Below are positions 30,367 to 41,978 of a stretch of 64,000 bases of DNA, piece after piece. The DNA lies in the NCBI GenBank assembly GCA_965261595.1, contig CBDHDG010000007.1, positions 1,216,001 to 1,280,000 of the forward strand. The letters run 5' to 3'. The notes under the pieces are model-generated. The model was not told where the DNA came from, made no database searches, and was given only the letters and a program-made list of their open reading frames with translations. The DNA comes from a bacterium (GTDB lineage: Bacteria > UBA8248 > JACPRG01 > G963555815). Each line of letters opens with the position of its first letter. Positions within the stretch are counted from its first letter, which is position 1. A program made the position numbers and the translations under genes.

Positions 30367-31648
30367 CTATACCCAATCGAACGGCTGCGGCGCCTCGCTG
30401 ACCCAGCGCTCCAAATCGTCCGTCGTAACCTCCCGCTCTTCGCGACCCACGATCCCAATCCAGCGGTCCCGGTTCGGCGAGGCGGTCGAGATGCCCGCAT
30501 CGATCACGTCTGCCAGATTGTCTTGTGAGGCGAACAGCACAAGGGAGCCGCCGCCCGCATGACGCGCGCTCTGGTACCGGATGCCGGCGAGCGGCCCGCC
30601 ATCATGCGCGAATTCCGTGCGGAAGTATTCCGTGACGACCTGCGCGGGTAGGTATTCGACGTGAACGCTACTGTCTCTCGCAATCGGCATGGACAGCTCG
30701 GCGGCGAAATAGTTGAGAAAGATCAGCGGCGGCCGTGGGTCGTACTCGAGTGAATCGGGGACGGGTTCGAAGATGCTCGGAATGCCCGGGATATCGATCA
30801 GGTCCAGTATCCGGACCTGTCGAAGCGTCCGGAACGTCCCGATTGCATAGACTCCCGCATCGCGTGCCGGGTCCTTCGCGACCTCCCGAAGCGCCGTTTC
30901 CGCTTCATCGCTGGCATCGAACATGACAATGCCGGGCGGGCTCATTCGGTTTGCCATTGTCGCCTTGTCCTGCGGCGGCGATCCCAATGCTGCAGCGGTT
31001 TCCAGCTTCTCCCCGGGCTTCTGGAGCCGCGCCCGATAAAGCAGACAGTTGGCCGGAAGAGTTTCGATCAACTCAAAGCATTTGCACCAGCTCTCAAGTT
31101 CCTCCAGGAGCGCGAAAGGACTGAATAATTCCTGATACCCGGGCTCGCGCAGGAAGAAGTAACGCCTGTGATGCTTGATCAGCTCGCAAAACGCTTCCCA
31201 ACTGTAGGTCAGCTTCTCGTCTTTCGTCATGGAAAGGGGATGCAATCGACACCAAGCGCGCTCCCCCAGCCCGTCGCACAACGTCTCCATCAGCGCGCCT
31301 TCGTCGTTTGGCAGGGCGTCGCCAAGATGGGTCTCCAATAGTTCCATCGTCGTCCATATCTGGGCCATGTAGCCGCCCAGCTCACTGTCGTAGGACAGCT
31401 TGTTCTCCGCGACATCGTATTCCCCGGCGATACACATCATTGATGTGAAGAAGCACCTCAACCAGCGGCGCCGCGATGGGATCGGCCGATTCCGCGCCGC
31501 AGAACGTGCAACAGTTCGCGCGGGCCTCGCTCTCGATCAATCCGCGCAAGCCGTCATCGTCGACACAGGCGGCGCAAACATAATCGTGCGCGTGCGCTTC
31601 CGGATTGCCGCCTCCCAATCGGCCCCGCACGTCCTTCCAATACCCCAT
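30367..31648 (-). pseudogene. RES-domain protein with Cys-rich/HEPN-associated N-terminus, frameshifted near 31437
   Basis: CAAC...CTFC in ORF 31382-31648 continues in ORF 30367-31461; LYRAR, NRMSPPG, TALRE, EYLPAQ, GIRYQS RES motifs. Confidence 0.78.
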
Positions 31649-32015
31649 TCCCGGTGTCTCCGATATGGATACTCTTTCCAGCCATGAAATCTCATTATCA
31701 TATTGATATTATTGGATAATACACATTCTTTCTGCTCTCGTTCGGAACCCGACTTCTGTAGTCTGTAATCAAAATGAAAGCGGATTCGTTAAAACTCCTG
31801 CGCATTTCGGCGAGTCCCTGTCGTACCATTGCACCTCCGTCCTCCAAAGTCCGACCCGCAACAGCTTGCTTACGGTTATGCTCCGGTGCCCGGCAACGTT
31901 CATTCAGGAACCACCGGTTACGCCCCCTGACGGTGCCCGATTTGCGCCCGCGGCGCAGTCGACCACAGCGACGATGATCTTCTGAGCGACGCGGGAGCAG
32001 GCTCAATTAGGTTAG

Positions 32016-33017
32016 TCACCGAACGTCAAGACCTATGTGGTCCATCGCGTAATCGGTCAAGATGTCTTCCAAATCCTCTGCAAAAATAAACTTCACATCA
32101 TCCTGGCCTCTGACACCCACGAGGTCACGATTCTCATCCTTCTCTGCTTTGGTAAATATTACTACTTTCTCGATCAGCTTTAGACCGGAAGGATCATCCC
32201 AATAACTTGCCTTCTTTATCTGCTCTATTACGTCCTCGGAAACTGTGCCCTTATAGTCCTTGACCTGAACGGCGATGGCATATCCCTGGTCCGGGCTGAC
32301 GCCTGGGACCTCAATGAGGATATCCGTACCATGCTCCTCCTCTTTACGGCCACCGACCTTCTCGACATGAGAGTGTGGATACCGACTTTGTAGAACTTCC
32401 ACAAGAACCTCTTCCCATTGTTTGTCGCTGAATTCGGTATTGAGTCTCTCATAAACTATCTTTCCAAACTCTTCACGTTTGAAAACTTTATGAAAAGCGT
32501 ACTCGATAGCACCCGTCAGTCTGTCCTTGTCCAGGATGTCATGGTCAAGCTCTTCTTGTTTGGCATCACATATCTTTCCAATATCTTCACGGTGATGATC
32601 GATGTTCCAAAATCGTCCTTGGTTCCTCAATGTTGATCGAATGTTACCCGTGACGTGCTCGCTGTCTCTACGAAAGCTCTTGAGGAATTCCGCCGGAAAG
32701 ATGTGTCCATAGTCTCCCTCATCCTTTGGGATCTCGAACCTGTATCCCTTGTTCCAATCTTCCGTCGCTCGGACAATGGATACCTTGTCCCAAGCCGGCA
32801 GTCTGGGCACGAGAAGGATGTCTCCTTTATTCACTTCCTCGAACATCCTGCAATTCCTGGAAGCCCCCTCATCGACCATTTGGTGTCGAAGATCTTGTCC
32901 CTCGTCGTATCCCCACCCTTGACGCAGGCGACCCTGCTCCAGTTCCCTCCAGAAGAAGTCGATTTGGTTCGTGTCGATTCTGTAACCCCAGTAACGGGGC
33001 GCGGTCGCCCTTGTCAT
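32016..33017 (-). CDS. Mrr-like restriction endonuclease with an N-terminal LRQGWG domain
   Basis: E...GTD...AVQVKDY (PD-QxK) C-terminal nuclease pattern. Confidence 0.75.
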   Translation of the reverse strand: MTRATAPRYWGYRIDTNQIDFFWRELEQGRLRQGWGYDEGQDLRHQMVDEGASRNCRMFEEVNKGDILLVPRLPAWDKVSIVRATEDWNKGYRFEIPKDEGDYGHIFPAEFLKSFRRDSEHVTGNIRSTLRNQGRFWNIDHHREDIGKICDAKQEELDHDILDKDRLTGAIEYAFHKVFKREEFGKIVYERLNTEFSDKQWEEVLVEVLQSRYPHSHVEKVGGRKEEEHGTDILIEVPGVSPDQGYAIAVQVKDYKGTVSEDVIEQIKKASYWDDPSGLKLIEKVVIFTKAEKDENRDLVGVRGQDDVKFIFAEDLEDILTDYAMDHIGLDVR

Positions 33018-33276
33018 GATTGTCTTCCTTTTCTGATTCCCGCTGTCGCGGGAATGGCAGACTAAAGCTGCGGCGGGTAGCCCGGCGGATCCTTAACCCC
33101 GGAATGGCCACGCCCATAGCCATCCTCTCCCTCATCCGCTGAAATGCGCTCGGGTCTATCTGGACCGCCGGGCCGGAAGCGGGCCGGAAGCCGGCGCCAT
33201 GCGTGGCGAACTCTCATGGCTGATGTGACTGCGCTCTCCCCCCTGAGGCGGCCTGAGGAATGTCGTCGCGGCGGGT

Positions 33277-34488
33277 TCAGTGTGTTGATGGCGGGAGTTT
33301 CACGCGGCCCGTCGTTGGACCGGCATCCACCGCTGTGCTCGCCAGGGCACTCAGAAATTCATCAATACCGACGTCTTCAAGTCGTTTGGCTATGAATTCA
33401 ACAGAACCCCCTTTCTCCCAATCGTCCCATTTTTTTTGTATGGCACCGCGCGCGTTCATGATGAGTTCATTACGATTCGGGTGAATGATTACGAAGCGTC
33501 GCCCGCGCTCTGTGTAATACCACTCGATTATCTCCGAGTTGATACCCTTGTCTCCGAAGCTATAGCCGCACACGACCAATTGATCAACTTCGCGGATTGT
33601 CGACCGAAAGCGATAGTGAAGCTCGCGAAACATCCCTTGGCTGTACTCGGAGAGCTTGTTGAACGTGCCGATCAGCAGCAATGGTCGACCGTCGAGCGCT
33701 GTCTGGAAAGTGCCGTCATCCGTTTTCGTGTGATAGCGGTCGCCATCAAGGGGAATGCCGATTCTGTCATCGTACCAGGATTCGGAATCGTTGGGACGAA
33801 GGCGAAACCAGTCTACAGAGCCGTGCAGCTTTAGAAATGGGATCCTCCCGTTCGAAGAGAGATCGCCGTTCCAATACCGAACACCGGCTTCCTCATCAGA
33901 GAACCCATCGGCAAGCGATATGCCTTGATTCTTAAGAAAGGTCTCAACGTGAGTGTCGTGACAAAGCGTCGAAATGCTGGTGACAGTGCCGGATTTGCAG
34001 GCACGCGCGATAATCTCCAAGTTGTTCGTGGACGAAGGCTTGTGGCAGAGACGCCTCCAGACGACATCGGCAACGTAGTTGCGTGTTTCATCGAGTAGCT
34101 CGATGTAGGGGTTCATGCCTGTTTCGGTTCCGATCAACGTTGACATGTCCGCCCTTAGCTCATTTGCGAACGCGCGAACGGCCGGGTTCTCCATTTCACC
34201 CAGTTCTTCTGCCCAAGCTTGGCCGGCCAGGTAGAACAAGTCTTCATAGTTGGGCCGCCTCTCGGCATTTGCCGAGTAGTATCGTTCCGCTTCTGCATGA
34301 ATCCGTCGCGCCATGTGATTGGCGAGCCGGGTTTTCTCGTCCGGCGGATTGGCACCGTCAGTGAAGTAGCTAGCGTCGGTGTGTCTCCAGACTCCGTCAC
34401 CGGACAAAACCAGGTCGGTCAGACATCGGGTAGACGGAAATCCGGCTGGCAACGACGAACCAGCCCCCAACAAGATCGCGGTTTTCAT
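33277..34488 (-). CDS. SIR2-like (SIR2_2) protein
   Basis: ILLGAGSS, LKLHGSVDW, VCGYSFGDKGIN. Confidence 0.88.
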   Translation of the reverse strand: MKTAILLGAGSSLPAGFPSTRCLTDLVLSGDGVWRHTDASYFTDGANPPDEKTRLANHMARRIHAEAERYYSANAERRPNYEDLFYLAGQAWAEELGEMENPAVRAFANELRADMSTLIGTETGMNPYIELLDETRNYVADVVWRRLCHKPSSTNNLEIIARACKSGTVTSISTLCHDTHVETFLKNQGISLADGFSDEEAGVRYWNGDLSSNGRIPFLKLHGSVDWFRLRPNDSESWYDDRIGIPLDGDRYHTKTDDGTFQTALDGRPLLLIGTFNKLSEYSQGMFRELHYRFRSTIREVDQLVVCGYSFGDKGINSEIIEWYYTERGRRFVIIHPNRNELIMNARGAIQKKWDDWEKGGSVEFIAKRLEDVGIDEFLSALASTAVDAGPTTGRVKLPPSTH

Positions 34489-34732
34489 GCGTGGGATCTC
34501 GGTCTTGCCGCTTGGCTAGCAATCGCGGGCTGGTCGACCTTGATGAGCGATTCCGCCGGAATACCCAGCCCCTGGTGCAGCCGCCAGATCATCTTCAGGC
34601 TTAACGGGCGCTTGCGGTTGAGCACCTCGTAAACTCGGCTGCGGCTGCCGATGTAGGGCACCAGATCCTTCGCCGCCAGCCCGTTCTGCTCCATGTGGTA
34701 GCGAATCGCCGAGACCGGATCCGGCAGGTCAA
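34485..34732 (-). pseudogene. HigA-like HTH antitoxin, 5'-truncated
   Basis: PDPVSAIRYHMEQNGL...IGSRSRVYEVLNRKRPLSL...GIPAESLI; ATGA overlap with SIR2 gene; no toxin gene upstream. Confidence 0.8.
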
Positions 34733-34776
34733 GGGGAGTAGTACTTAGCCAATCTAGTGGACACCATGCTTATCTA

Positions 34777-35211
34777 CCGGAATTTCCCATATCAAATCTG
34801 GACAGGCCTGTACCGACCCCTCGTTGCTGTTTAAGTCAATTAGACCCCTCTCTCCCGGACCTGTCCATCCCATTTCAGGTGCCTGAAACCCTAATCGGAG
34901 CGTTATCCACCATTGAAAATCATGCCACCCCTCCGGGTAGGCGAGCCTTCCCAGCAGGTCATCTGGAAGGGACAGAACATTCACCATTTTGTCCTCGGGT
35001 GGACTGCGCTGAGAGCGGTTAAACAGGTACGGGCCGCAATCGGTTGATCCGGTCCAGGATGAGAGCGAACACCTCCCTGGATACGGCTACCTCGGCCAAC
35101 TGAAAGATGATGTGCCGGGCATGGCGCACAATCCGGCCGCCCATTTTGATGCGCTTGACCTGGAGGCTTCGCAGCGACCAGTGCTTGAGCCCCCTGGGCA
35201 AGGCTAGCCTG
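34777..35211 (-). mobile_element. IS1380-family 3' fragment with right IR
   Basis: ccggaatttcccatat at 34777; RLALPRGLKHWSLRSL...RLRPVPV. Confidence 0.85.
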
Positions 35212-35910
35212 GATATCTCACAAAAAAGAAGAGCCAAGCCGGCCTTTTTCGGGTAAACTCTTTTTGGTCAATGGGTTGTCCGAACAAAGGAGGCCGACTT
35301 GACTCGTACACAGTGTGTCCCAGAACGGATGGAGTTTCAACGCTTGGGTTGCCGGGAGGTGACGGCCGCTGCCGACGGCGGGGCGATCACCTCTGATGCG
35401 GGCGCTCTCCTGCTGCGCGAGGCCGAGCGGAGCGTGAATCTCATCGCCGGCCTGGCCGCCTGCTTTGAGGACGGCCGGGACCCGAGGCGGGTGGAGCATG
35501 AGTTGGGGGCATTGGTGCGGCAGCGGGTGTACGCGCTGGCGCTTGGCTATGAGGACGTCAACGACCACGAGCGTCTGCGTTTTGACCCCATGCTCCAAAT
35601 CCTTTCCGGCAAGCTTGCACCCACGCGGCGCAAGGGGGGTCCGGCCCTTGCGGGCAAGAGCACGCTGAACCGCCTGGAGCGTCTTGCGGCTGAGGGCGAT
35701 GAGCGCTACCACAAGATCGCCTACCGGACCGAGGGGATCGACCGACTGTTGATGGAGGGCTTCCTTCGGTCGCAGAAGCGGGCGCCGAGCCGGATCGTTT
35801 TGGACATCGACGCCACCGACGACCCGGTGCACGGCTGTCAGGAGGGGCGGTTCTTCCACGGCTATCACGGTCATTACTGCTACCTTCCGCTTTACATCTT
35901 CTGCGGTGCC
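35208..35910 (+). mobile_element. Different IS1380-family element, 5' part, truncated
   Basis: Transposase from 35299: GGAITSDAG, GYEDVND, LDIDATDDPVHG, HYCYLPL; then joins IS3 sequence. Confidence 0.85.
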
Positions 35911-35913
35911 GGG

Positions 35914-36355
35914 AGATGGAGGTGGTTCCCTCGACCGGGTCGGCCGGGGATTGCTTCGACAACGCCATGGCCGAGAGCTTCTTTGCCACGCTGGAGTGCG
36001 AGCTCATCGACCGGCGCTCGTTCCGTACCCAGGCTGAAGCGCGCCTGGCGATCTTCCAATTCATCGAAGGCTGGTACAACCCACGCCGTCGTCATTCAGC
36101 CCTGGGTTACCTCAACCCCAACGACTACGAACGGGCGGAGGCGGAGGCTATGCCGTGGGCGGCGGCGCGCAACGCTTATAGTCCGGCTCGAGCCGGCCCC
36201 GGTGCTTCCCGGAACAGCGAGCCAAAGGTCAAGACATACCCCCCGGGGGGACCCTATCTATCGGATAGGGAGAAGACTTTACGTCCACCGGCTGTCGCCC
36301 ACCTCAGGGCTGGGGACGACAGCCCTAAACTGTCCACTGAAACGGGGTAACTCCA
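35914..36355 (+). mobile_element. 3' fragment of the second IS3-family element
   Basis: GDCFDNAMAESFFATLECE...YNPRRRHSALGY; end tgtccactgaaacggggtaactcca. Confidence 0.85.
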
Positions 36356-36514
36356 GTGGACGGGACGTGCTCCAGATGCCCAAACAAGACCCGGCCCGGC
36401 CTTCGAATGTGTGCAAAATGCGCCGAACACAATTACAATCTTGTGAAGGCCCGGCTGAAGTAGGTCAGTTGTGAAACGGTAAGGGGATGGAACAGGAAAG
36501 AAAGCTGAACGAAA

Positions 36515-37114
36515 ATGAGCGCCAAGGACGCAAGAGAAAAGCGAGGCTCCGTAGGCCGGCCGACGAAACTGACGCCGGAGGTTTCCGACCGTATCGTTGA
36601 GGCCATGTCTCTCGGACTTTCGTACAAGGATGCTGCACGAGCCGGAGGCGTTTCGGAACAAACACTTATCGAATGGCGGGCCCGTGGGGAGCTTGAGCCG
36701 GAATCCCCATATGCCGAATTACTTGAGCGGATCGAGGGGGCCGTACAGGAAACCGGCGTTGAATACCTGAATGCGATCAAGCGGTCGATCCTGGAATCGA
36801 CCACGATCACGAAAACGCACGTCCGCACCCTTGAAGACGGGTCCAAGATGGAGGAGATCACCAAAGAAGAGCGCCCCCCGGGTATCAAGGGCGCAATGTG
36901 GTGGCTTGAGCGCCGCTTTCCTGATCCCTTTGCCCGAAGGATTGCACATGGCGGAAAGGTTGGAATCGAGACACCCCCGAAGCGGAAGGTCACCATCAAG
37001 CTTGTGAGCCCGGACGGGACGACCGAGGCGTTTGAGCAAACGGGCGGGGAATCTACAAAGAGCAACGTGTCGCCGAATCGTCTGACATCTACAGACGGCA
37101 GGAGGATCTCTTAA
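36515..37114 (+). CDS. Phage terminase small subunit-like HTH protein
   Basis: GRPTKLTPE...AARAGGVSEQTLIEW...WWLERRFP pattern. Confidence 0.6.
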   Translation: MSAKDAREKRGSVGRPTKLTPEVSDRIVEAMSLGLSYKDAARAGGVSEQTLIEWRARGELEPESPYAELLERIEGAVQETGVEYLNAIKRSILESTTITKTHVRTLEDGSKMEEITKEERPPGIKGAMWWLERRFPDPFARRIAHGGKVGIETPPKRKVTIKLVSPDGTTEAFEQTGGESTKSNVSPNRLTSTDGRRIS

Positions 37115-37205
37115 GTGCGGATAAGGCCCTGTTGGGGGCGCAGGATGAATTTAGCCTACCTCTCCCCGCCATTTCAAGGTGCGCGCGGCCGGCGCCCGCC
37201 GCGTC

Positions 37206-38168
37206 CTATTCTACCCCCAACGCCTTCATCATCCGCCGGTATTCGATAGACGCTGTGTCCGGGCCTTTCACGTGGAGCTCTTCGGATAGGTCCAGCGGCA
37301 GCTCCTCCGGCCGCTGGTTCTCGACGATGACGCGGTCCTGTTCGGCCACCAGGTCTTCCACGTCCTCGATCCGCGCGCCGTCTGATGGGCCGGGCTCGTA
37401 GTTCCGGCCTATCAGCGTAAATCGCGTGCACTCGCGCGCCGAATGCGGGGTGCATGCGAAATACAGACGCTCCGCCCGCCCATCCGCCTCGACCCGCCCG
37501 ATGTGACATGCGAAAGGCCGGGTGACCCAGTAGTAGCGTTGATAGGAAGCGCTGTGGAGTCCATCGGGCTCGTTCCCAATCGTGAAACGGATGGTCTCGT
37601 CGTCCCGCTCGGTCGTTACGTCGGGCGTCCGGGGGTTCGCCCGATCTCCCAGGATTCCCTCGTGCACCCAAGGGAAATGAGAGAAATCGAGGAAATTCTC
37701 GATGGTCCGGGCCGCGCTGCACTTCCAGGGCCTTTTGTCATGGACGACCAGGCGGAAGCCCGGGTCCTCGATCGGCGAGAAATCCGGAATGGGCGCGCGG
37801 GGTTTGTCCGACAGGCACACCCACACGATTCCGTATTTTTCTTGGGCGAGATAGGTTGTCAGGCAGGCCTTTTTGGGGATGGGATGCTCCGGCGGAATCG
37901 AGGGGATCCGGACGCACTTTCCGTTCACCCCGTAGGCCCAGCCATGGTAGGCGCAGATGATGCTGTCGCCCTCCACCCACCCCAGGGAGAGGGGCGTCCC
38001 CCGGTGAATGCAAAGGTCGTGAAACGCCGCCAAGCGGTCTCCGACCCGGCAGACGGCGATCGGCTCGTCCAGGAGCCTGACGGCCAAGGGCTTGTCGCAC
38101 ACCTCTTCGAAAAACGCCGCCGGGTGCCAGTAATCGCGCAGCGCCGGCCAGAGATCACTCTCGATCAT
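37206..38168 (-). CDS. Rieske non-heme iron oxygenase alpha subunit (VanA-like)
   Basis: CIHR...CAYH Rieske motif; ENFLDFSHFPWVH; EQD. Confidence 0.9.
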   Translation of the reverse strand: MIESDLWPALRDYWHPAAFFEEVCDKPLAVRLLDEPIAVCRVGDRLAAFHDLCIHRGTPLSLGWVEGDSIICAYHGWAYGVNGKCVRIPSIPPEHPIPKKACLTTYLAQEKYGIVWVCLSDKPRAPIPDFSPIEDPGFRLVVHDKRPWKCSAARTIENFLDFSHFPWVHEGILGDRANPRTPDVTTERDDETIRFTIGNEPDGLHSASYQRYYWVTRPFACHIGRVEADGRAERLYFACTPHSARECTRFTLIGRNYEPGPSDGARIEDVEDLVAEQDRVIVENQRPEELPLDLSEELHVKGPDTASIEYRRMMKALGVE

Positions 38169-38231
38169 TCCGCTGATTCCTTTTACGAAATTGCACCGCA
38201 CCGTTTCCCTGGTCAGAGCCAATGAGTTGAA

Positions 38232-38947
38232 CCGGAATTTCCCATATCAACTTGCTTGGGTGGTTTCCGGTCCCCTTTCCCGATGAAAACCAGTTGATCC
38301 CCTTCCGATGGGTTTGTCAAGAGCCTTCCAACCCTCCGCAACAAGGTGCTGACGGCCATCGACTGCCCCAAAAGGCGGACCCTCGCCCTTCGGTCCCCTT
38401 TGTTCGCGGTTCAACCCGTTAACCAATCACCTCATGCTGCCGGGAACCCTCTGCACAAGGTTAGACCGGCACCGGCCGTAATCGGTTGATTCGGTCCAGG
38501 ATGATGGCGAACTCTTCCCTGGATACCGCTACTTCGGCCAATTGAAAGATGATCTGCCGGGCGTGCCGCACAATCCTCCCGCCTATTTTGATGAGCTTGA
38601 CCTGGAGGCTTCGCAGCGACCAGTGCTTGAGCCCCCTGGGCAAGGCTAGCCTGCGCAGGAAATTGCCCAGGTTGTACGCCAGGACGAAGAGAAGGAGCCG
38701 CACCTGGTTGCACACGAACCGGTGACAGGAAAGGCGTGTCCAGTTCAGGGCGTACTTGCCTTCCTTGATCCATTGCTCGGCTGTGCCTCGCTGGTTGTAG
38801 AAGTGCACGACCCCCTCGGGTCGAGCCGTCAGGTTCGTGACAATGAATCCGACGCGAGGGAAGAGTTCGCCTGAGTGCCATTCCACCTTCGCCACGACCC
38901 GCCGGGAACGGTCCCAGCTTCCAGCCTGATACCGGAAGTCGTAATAG
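38232..38947 (-). mobile_element. IS1380-family 3' half (matches 40311-41026)
   Basis: Right IR at 38232; transposase C-terminus; match stops at 38947. Confidence 0.9.
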
Positions 38948-39167
38948 TCGGGAAACGGCCGGGTCCCAGTTCCGAATCTCCGGCGCGCCGTGCATTCCGG
39001 GGTGGAACCCCCAGGCACCACATACCATGTAGCCGATAAGGGACTTTCCGCCCTTCTCTGCCGTACGGCTACCTGTGTTTCGCCTCTTTCCTCGACCCCA
39101 CCTGCGAAACTACACCAGCGGGCGGTACCAAGCGGGTAGAACATGCCCTACCGGGAGGCATTCGCCC

Positions 39168-40169
39168 TTAGGGGAGGAATTGGTTCGTGTAATATCGGTC
39201 TGTTGATAGAGGTTTCTTCAGTCCCGCGTACTTCGTCAAAAGCTCGATGGTGGCTTTCCAGTCTTTCTCCGACATCCAGCCGATTGGCTTCCCTTTCGAA
39301 TTTTTCGTATGCAGCAACAGCAGATAGTTGTCCAAGGTTTCTCGGGCGACCTTCTCGTCCGACACGGTCACAGGGGACATTCGCTTGAGTGCGGCCACGG
39401 CCTCATCCCGGTTGTCCATCGTATACTGAAAGCTTTTTGTGTAAGCGCGCACGAGGCCTCTCACTGTATCCGGCTTCTCTCGCAGGAAAGCGGAACTGGC
39501 TGTGATCCCTTCGCCGAGGGTGTTGACGCCCAATGAGGCGAAACTCAGGTAATTCACCTTCGCCCCCTTGGAGCGAAGCTTGGGTACATTATCCGGGAAA
39601 TATAGCAAAATGGCGTCCATTTCCTTTCTCAGAAAGGCCGTAGCCAGGGTCGCAAAGGTGGCATTGACGTAGGATATCTTGGATGTGTCAATACCGGTAC
39701 GCCCGACAACGGCCGCGAACATGGCCGTATTGGAGGAAGCCGGTACCCGGCCAACCCGCTTCCCCTCGAGATCCTTGGCAGAGCGGATGTTCTTATCCTC
39801 GTGCGCGACGATGCTCATAGGGCTTGACTGGTAGTAGATGTAGATGACCCGTGCATCGAGACCCTGGGAGATGAATTGCGCGGCCGTGCCGCTATCGGCT
39901 TGGACAACGGGTAACTTGCCGGCGTTCAAAAGCTGCAGATTGTCTCGGGAGCCCCGCCCAGCCTCCATCGTAGCGTCCAGTCCCTCGGCCTTGAAGAAAC
40001 CCTTTTCGATACCGAGAGCCATTGGGGCGTCAGATGCGTTCACGACCCAGGTGTCCTTCAAGACGATTTTCTCGCTGGCCGCCTCCTGCGGCGGAAGGCA
40101 GAACAAAGAGACGAGAAGTACGGATGCGATCACCATCCACAGGGGGTTTCTCTTCTGATAACGAGTCAT
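39168..40169 (-). CDS. NMT1/THI5-like ABC transporter substrate-binding protein
   Basis: Signal peptide; GIEKGFFKAEGL, GRGS, DLEGKRVG, YYTNQFLP. Confidence 0.85.
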   Translation of the reverse strand: MTRYQKRNPLWMVIASVLLVSLFCLPPQEAASEKIVLKDTWVVNASDAPMALGIEKGFFKAEGLDATMEAGRGSRDNLQLLNAGKLPVVQADSGTAAQFISQGLDARVIYIYYQSSPMSIVAHEDKNIRSAKDLEGKRVGRVPASSNTAMFAAVVGRTGIDTSKISYVNATFATLATAFLRKEMDAILLYFPDNVPKLRSKGAKVNYLSFASLGVNTLGEGITASSAFLREKPDTVRGLVRAYTKSFQYTMDNRDEAVAALKRMSPVTVSDEKVARETLDNYLLLLHTKNSKGKPIGWMSEKDWKATIELLTKYAGLKKPLSTDRYYTNQFLP

Positions 40170-40310
40170 GGCGGATCCTCTGTTGTTAAGGAGACTCAAC
40201 TGCCCTATTTTCTTTGACAGCATAGGTCGGGAACATCGCCACGGTTCGACTTTTTCCATGTCAACCGCTGGGGCACTTCCCATTTCTTGACTTATGACGA
40301 TCCATTGAAA

Positions 40311-41978
40311 CCGGAATTTCCCATATCAACTTGCTTGGGTGGTTTCCGGTCCCCTTTCCCGATGAAAACCAGTTGATCCCCTTCCGATGGGTTTGTCAAG
40401 AGCCTTCCAACCCTCCGCAACAAGGTGCTGACGGCCATCGACTGCCCCAAAAGGCGGACCCTCGCCCTTCGGTCCCCTTTGTTCGCGGTTCAACCCGTTA
40501 ACCAATCACCTCATGCTGCCGGGAACCCTCTGCACAAGGTTAGACCGGCACCGGCCGTAATCGGTTGATTCGGTCCAGGATGATGGCGAACTCTTCCCTG
40601 GATACCGCTACTTCGGCCAATTGAAAGATGATCTGCCGGGCGTGCCGCACAATCCTCCCGCCCATTTTGATGAGCTTGACCTGGAGGCTTCGCAGCGACC
40701 AGTGCTTGAGCCCCCTGGGCAAGGCTAGCCTGCGCAGGAAATTGCCCAGGTTGTACGCCAGGACGAAGAGAAGGAGCCGCACCTGGTTGCACACGAACCG
40801 GTGACAGGAAAGGCGTGTCCAGTTCAGGGCGTACTTGCCTTCCTTGATCCATTGCTCGGCTGTGCCTCGCTGGTTGTAGAAGTGCACGACCCCCTCGGGT
40901 CGAGCCGTCAGGTTCGTGACAATGAATCCGACGCGAGGGAAGAGTTCGCCTGAGTGCCATTCCACCTTCGCCACGACCCGCCGGGAACGGTCCCAGCTTC
41001 CAGCCTGATACCGGAAGTCGTAATAGAAGATGATGGGTCTCTTGGGCGGGCGACCGACCGGGCGGGTGAGGAGGAAGTCGATCTCTCGCTGCACCACGTC
41101 GTTGGCGGGAAGGCGGATGGCGTAAAGGAAGCTGTGCGCTTCCAGGCACTCATAGACCTCCGGGCGCGCAAAGGCGGCATCGGCTCGGAAGTAACGGCGA
41201 ACACCCGCCCGCTCATACCGGGCCGCGATGGGCGAAAGCAACTCGCGCCAGCCATCGGCGCTGTGCACGTTGCCGGGGCGCAACATCGCCCCTTCGCAGT
41301 CCCCGAACTGGTTAAAGCAAAAAAGAGGGTGATAACAGGTGCAACGAAAGTGGCCGTTGTAGGCCGTACCTTCCTGCTCCCCATGGACGGGGCTTTCCGA
41401 GCTGTCCATGTCCAGGATGATTCGCTGATGGGGTGAGTGTGCCATGGCCCGGTCCACCCACTCCCGGTTCAGCTCGCTCCGGCCCCTTGAGATTCTCCTC
41501 CCTGGTGAGAACCTCGGTCTCGAACCGGCTCAGGGTGTTGGCGCCCGCCGCCTGCTTCTCAAGCGCTCGGCGGCCGACCACGGCTTGCATCGCGGGGTCC
41601 TGGGCCAACCGCTCGGCATCGTTGGTGTCTTCATACCCTGCCAAGCGGCTATAGACCGACTGGCGCAATAGCGGCGCCAACTCATGCTGGATGTTCCGGC
41701 CATGACGGATCTCTTGCAATTGCACTGGCGCTCTCACCGTCAAACCCAGCGCATCATCCAGCTCCCGGCAGGCCAGCAATCCCGCATCCGAAGTGATTCT
41801 GGTTCCGTGAAACTCAAGCCTCAGCCGACGGTCAAAACGGATCTTCAAAGCCCCCTTCTTCGCTTCACCCATTGGGTCCCCTCGCAAGATGATGGCAGGG
41901 AGAGGCCAACACCTTGATCTTACACGAGAAAACGGCATTCGGTCCGACAAAACTTATGATCCATATGGGAAATGCGGG
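40311..41978 (-). mobile_element. IS1380-family element, full length (transposase frameshifted near 41480)
   Basis: 1668 bp, both IRs present; ORFs 41312-41950 and 40540-41457. Confidence 0.93.

Noticed and set aside
31698..32006. 102-aa ORF between the Mrr-like and RES genes
   Set aside because: No motif or clear RBS; cannot be supported as a gene
38948..39167. Possible ncRNA or gene start (gtagccg/cggctac inverted repeat; MVCGAWGFHPG...)
   Set aside because: Too short and cut by IS1380; no recognisable family motif
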